A DNA stretch of 52,247 bases, the filler included, from Sphacelaria rigidula (Eukaryota), in assembly GCA_964200075.2 (NCBI GenBank). It is 3 parts of 3 records of this genome, joined end to end, with 100 filler letters (N's around TTAATTAATTAA, not from the genome) between each part and the next. Parts side by side here need not be neighbours in the genome. Positions count along the whole stretch, not along the records: positions 34,904 to 52,247 come from CAXNAA020001104.1; 2 more parts are not named here. One strand, given 5' to 3'. Both the position numbers and the translations under genes were made by a program. The notes under the pieces were generated by a model. The model saw only the letters and a list, made by a program, of their open reading frames with translations. It was not told the origin of the DNA and searched no databases. This document shows positions 48,801-52,247 of this stretch, in pieces. Every line of letters begins with the position of its first letter. The first letter of the stretch is position 1.

Positions 48801-50427
48801 TCAGAGTGCATGAAGCGCATCTCATGGTCAACATCGGCGAGGACTGTCTAAAGCGTGGGAGGTCCACGTGCTCCGCTTTTGCCAAATTTTGCGCATGTAG
48901 TTTTTGCCTCCTCGAATCAGCCACGTTTCTCGGGGGCGCGCTATCCCGGGCGGCATCACTCCTACTGTAGACTTGAGGCGGAAAAGGGTATAAGGTTATT
49001 CGATGTCGAGCACGTGACTGTGAGGCTAGCTGTAGCTACGCCTTTGATGGCGTGACATGGAAGGTTGTACCACACACATGATTTCGTCGGACCGACGTGA
49101 AACCCAACGTCGTCTGCTCGTACCCGTGTGTTCCGCGGCTAACGGTTTTGTGTTCTTCTGCTGGAAAGTTTCGAGAACCATTGAGGTCTGTAGTCCTTGG
49201 TTCTTCGTAAAAATGGTTCTTTGCGGAAGTATCTATTCACCCTCGAAGAACAAGCTCCGTAGTCTGAGGTGCAATAGACATGCAAGGCGTGGACCACTTC
49301 TTTCCCCCTGTTGCCGTTTTATGGGTGCTGTAGTGGAGATGATCTGCACGTTTCGAAGCCGGACAAGTCTACCGAACGTGGCTTGGACATCGGTCAAAAT
49401 ATCGTTGCTAGAAAAACTCGCCCCAAAATAGGGTGGCTCGGGGTTTTGGGTGGGAGGGGTTTGCGACGAACCTGCTCACGTTGCACGAGTTCTGTCTGGT
49501 CGAACTTTCTCTCAATAACCCCGCGCGCATTTCGGGTCGCTGTACGAGTAGGCATCCTCGTGAGTTTTTGTACCGTCGGATGCATGCGACGATGCGCGTT
49601 TCAAATCCGCAAGACGGTAGTGGATGGAAAGCCCAGATCTGTCATGTGCCTTGAGAATCTCGAGCCCCTTCTGTGCCCGATGCTGAGCTTGGCGCCGTAC
49701 CTCTTTTGGAGGTATCACGTACTCGGGGGAGGTATCACGTGCGGGGTGAAAGCCCCCCGCATTTCGGAGACCGCAGCCGATGGTATTCGGATCGGGTCTT
49801 CATCTCCACTAAAGACCCAGGGGGGCGGCGAAGGTTTTTCTGAGATGATTGTGGCTGCACATTGTTGACTGGTACACAGCCCTGTCCGCTGTGTGAGCAA
49901 AGCTGTTCTGTCCGGCCGCCCTCACCGAGCGTTCATCTGTCGGTCGAGAGTATGGCCTGTTGATGACTGCGTGGGACTGGCGGCATGACCAGGAAAAACT
50001 TGCCCTTTGCGACGTTTTCTTGAGGAAATCATACCGCTCACCTCTGAACCCAAACTATGAAGTAAATGGTACCGTCAGCGACACTCCCTCTGATCGGTTT
50101 CAATTTTCCAGGAAAACAACCCCGGTTGTGAGGGTTTCTTATCTTCAGCCCCAGGCGTACCGTCACTTGTTACTTTGATCAGACGTGTGACGGGATCACC
50201 GCAGTGCCTGTTGCTCTGAAGTTTTACTCATCGCCTCTCGTTCTGAAGTTTCACTTGCCGCCTCTTGTCCTCGTGTGCAATGCCCACGCACGGCTCGTTA
50301 AAAAAAAAAAAGGTACGCCACTTCATTCGATGGGGTCCTGATCGTGGATGACTCTTCGTTGATTCACGACTTTTACACTGGGGAGTGCGAGCGGCCTGTT
50401 CATCTCGTCGTGGACACAGCGTTGAAG
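45679..50427 (+). CDS. EIF3F: Eukaryotic translation initiation factor 3 subunit F (MPN domain), exons 1-4; later exons not found in the window
   Basis: Exons 45679-45810, 47878-48033, 48498-48577 and 50313-50427 join in frame: ...[21 protein letters not shown]...RVIGTLLG...NSFAVPH...|VAVGKDF...IVGW|YAT...SSLIHDFY...PVHLVVDT. Confidence 0.92.
46183..46490. repeat. Near-identical 138-bp direct repeats in eIF3f intron 1
   Basis: 46183-46320 and 46353-46490 differ at only a few bases; 32-bp spacer. Confidence 0.92.
47290..47378 (+). mobile_element. Retroposon 3' end with (AATC)n tail
   Basis: Homologous to 44285-44378. Confidence 0.7.
47878..48033 (+). CDS. EIF3F: eIF3f exon 2
   Basis: ttcag|[52 protein letters not shown]|gtaaga. 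Confidence 0.95.
48498..48577 (+). CDS. EIF3F: eIF3f exon 3
   Basis: gcag|[26 protein letters not shown](W)|gtgagg; phase 0/2. Confidence 0.92.
50313..50427 (+). CDS. EIF3F: eIF3f exon 4
   Basis: aaag|(W)[38 protein letters not shown]|gtatgt; phase 2/0. Confidence 0.92.
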
Positions 50428-51624
50428 GTATGTCGGACATGGGTAGTAAGCGGGTGAAGATCGCCGTGGAGTGTGTTGTGTGTGCCTGTGCTGTGCTGTG
50501 CTGTGCATGGCAGTATTGTAGTCCGTCGTCTCACACGGTCATATTTCAAGGACCATCACAAACCCCTCAGGAAGTATGTCCAAATGTTGCCGGACCTTCA
50601 GGCATACGACGAACGATGATCGACGTCACGGGTGAAAAAATCATATACTGGACAGTGGACACACCCTGGACACTATACGGTCAATAATTGCAATGTACAA
50701 GAAGTGTACTGCGTAAAGTATGGGCATATCGTAACTATCGTCAGTCGACAATAGCTACAATATGCCCACATTTGATGCAGTACATTTGTGTGTACTGCCG
50801 TAAGTTGTGTAGGAAAAAATGTCATGTTTTTCACGACCGGCGGAGCACCGCGCTTCGCACTAGCTTGGTGTATGTGTTGTGCATCCCATGAGCGGGGCGT
50901 ATTTCACAACTCGGTGCATGTCGTGTGCATGCAGCAAGCCCGTCAAAATTCCGTGTCAACATGTTGAGCAAGCTGTCTCAGTCTCGTGAATTGCGCCGCT
51001 CGTGTGAGGACTGCTGCCCGTGAATCCTGTCTCTCAAACCGTTTTGTAGCGATGAACCGTGATCTACACACTCGTGACCAAGGGTATACTAACATCACGG
51101 GGGAAGGTTTGCAGCTTGTTGTGCAAACGAGCTGAGGTCAGGCGTGTGGCTGTTTGCTCGCCAGGCGGGGCATCGCGGCTCCTTTGGCTTGGTGCATGTC
51201 GTGTCCATTCAGCGAGCCAGTCGAATCAGTATCGCTGCCCGTCCTGCGAGCCAGCTGCTGCAGCCTTGTAAAGATTGTCGTTTGTACTAGGACTGCAGCG
51301 CTCGAACTGTCAATGTCCCGAGCGCGAGAAATCGACATTCCACGACTAACTCACTCGTCAAGTGGTGCACACACTCAGACTGAACTAGTACCACGATATG
51401 ATCTCGCATATCCTCGAGCAAGTCAGGCCTACGGCCGTGTGCTCGCCAGGGTGGGGGTAGGGGGGTAGGGGGGTAGGAGGCAGGGAAGCAGTTTCCATCA
51501 GCTCGGTGCATATTTTGTGCGTATAAAGAGGTTGATTTTCAGTGGCAACCTGTTCAACGAGCGACGTGCCGTGCTCTTATGAACGGTGTCGTTCTCACTA
51601 AACCTCTCGCTCTCGGATCATCAA

Positions 51625-51885
51625 TTTTTCCACACGTCGAACAGATCATGATCTGTCTGAACCAAGTCAGTCTCTCGAACCCATTGATTCAAATACAAAA
51701 ATATATGACCGCATAGTCAGGAAAGCCAAAGCGCAACCTTTGGACTACTCAGCGTTTGGCGTCCTGCTCTGTAAGGAGCAAAAATGGAAAAATGGGGTCA
51801 AAAAGACCCGGATCATGATCCGGATCAGTGTACTGACAGGGAGTGGTTTTCACATGGATCGTGATTTGTCCGGCGTGTAAAATTT
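51625..51885. mobile_element. GATC-rich MITE-like repeat
   Basis: cacacgtcgaacagatcatgatc pairs imperfectly with gatcgtgatttgtccggcgtgt. Confidence 0.4.
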
Positions 51886-52045
51886 TTAGAACGCAGGAAG
51901 ACTACATGGCACTGACGCGCAACACATGTAGTTGGCAGCATACGGATTCTGATCACTCTGATATGACGGACGATATACTTCCACCCATCTGGAGGTCAGT
52001 TCGCAGGGTAGAGGACGATTGTGTGTCTTATCGATGAGCTTTTGT

Positions 52046-52147
52046 GCCTTTGACAGCGAGAGTAGATCACCTGTTGAATCGGCATCAATTTCACTTGCAG
52101 AAAGTATGTATGATCCAGAAAGACTAACCTCGGGGTCTAAGGGTTTA
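52046..52147. mobile_element. piggyBac-like MITE
   Basis: CCTTTGACAGCG ... GGTCTAAGGG-TTTA termini; core shared with the 33726 copy. Confidence 0.65.
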
Positions 52148-52247
52148 GTGCATGCGACGATCTCGCCGGAAAATCTTCCGTTGCCATACGAGCTGGGCCA
52201 GCCTGAAAACGGATTTCAGCTCTAAAAGCAAAATCTCATCGACACAG

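Overview
Eukaryotic genomic DNA of roughly balanced GC content, with long repeat-filled introns and a TTAGGG tract. This is most consistent with a brown alga or related stramenopile, which is an inference and not a database match. Two 100-bp N-TTAATTAATTAA-N spacers (17354-17453, 34804-34903) artificially join three contigs. Block 1 holds an 8-exon minus-strand plant-MKP1-like dual-specificity phosphatase with gelsolin-like repeats; its 5' end was not found. Block 2 is repeat-rich. It has a putative basic, S/TPxK-rich (H1-tail-like) gene beside a degenerate repeat array, an orphan terminal exon, a TIR-bounded element with a regular palindrome array, and interstitial telomeric repeats. Block 3 has a large acidic orphan exon with a predicted TM segment, decayed LINE fragments, SINEs and MITEs, and the first four exons of eIF3f. 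I could not demonstrate a complete new biological system. The best leads are the interrupted-gelsolin phosphatase, the H1-like gene with its repeat array, and the palindrome-array element.
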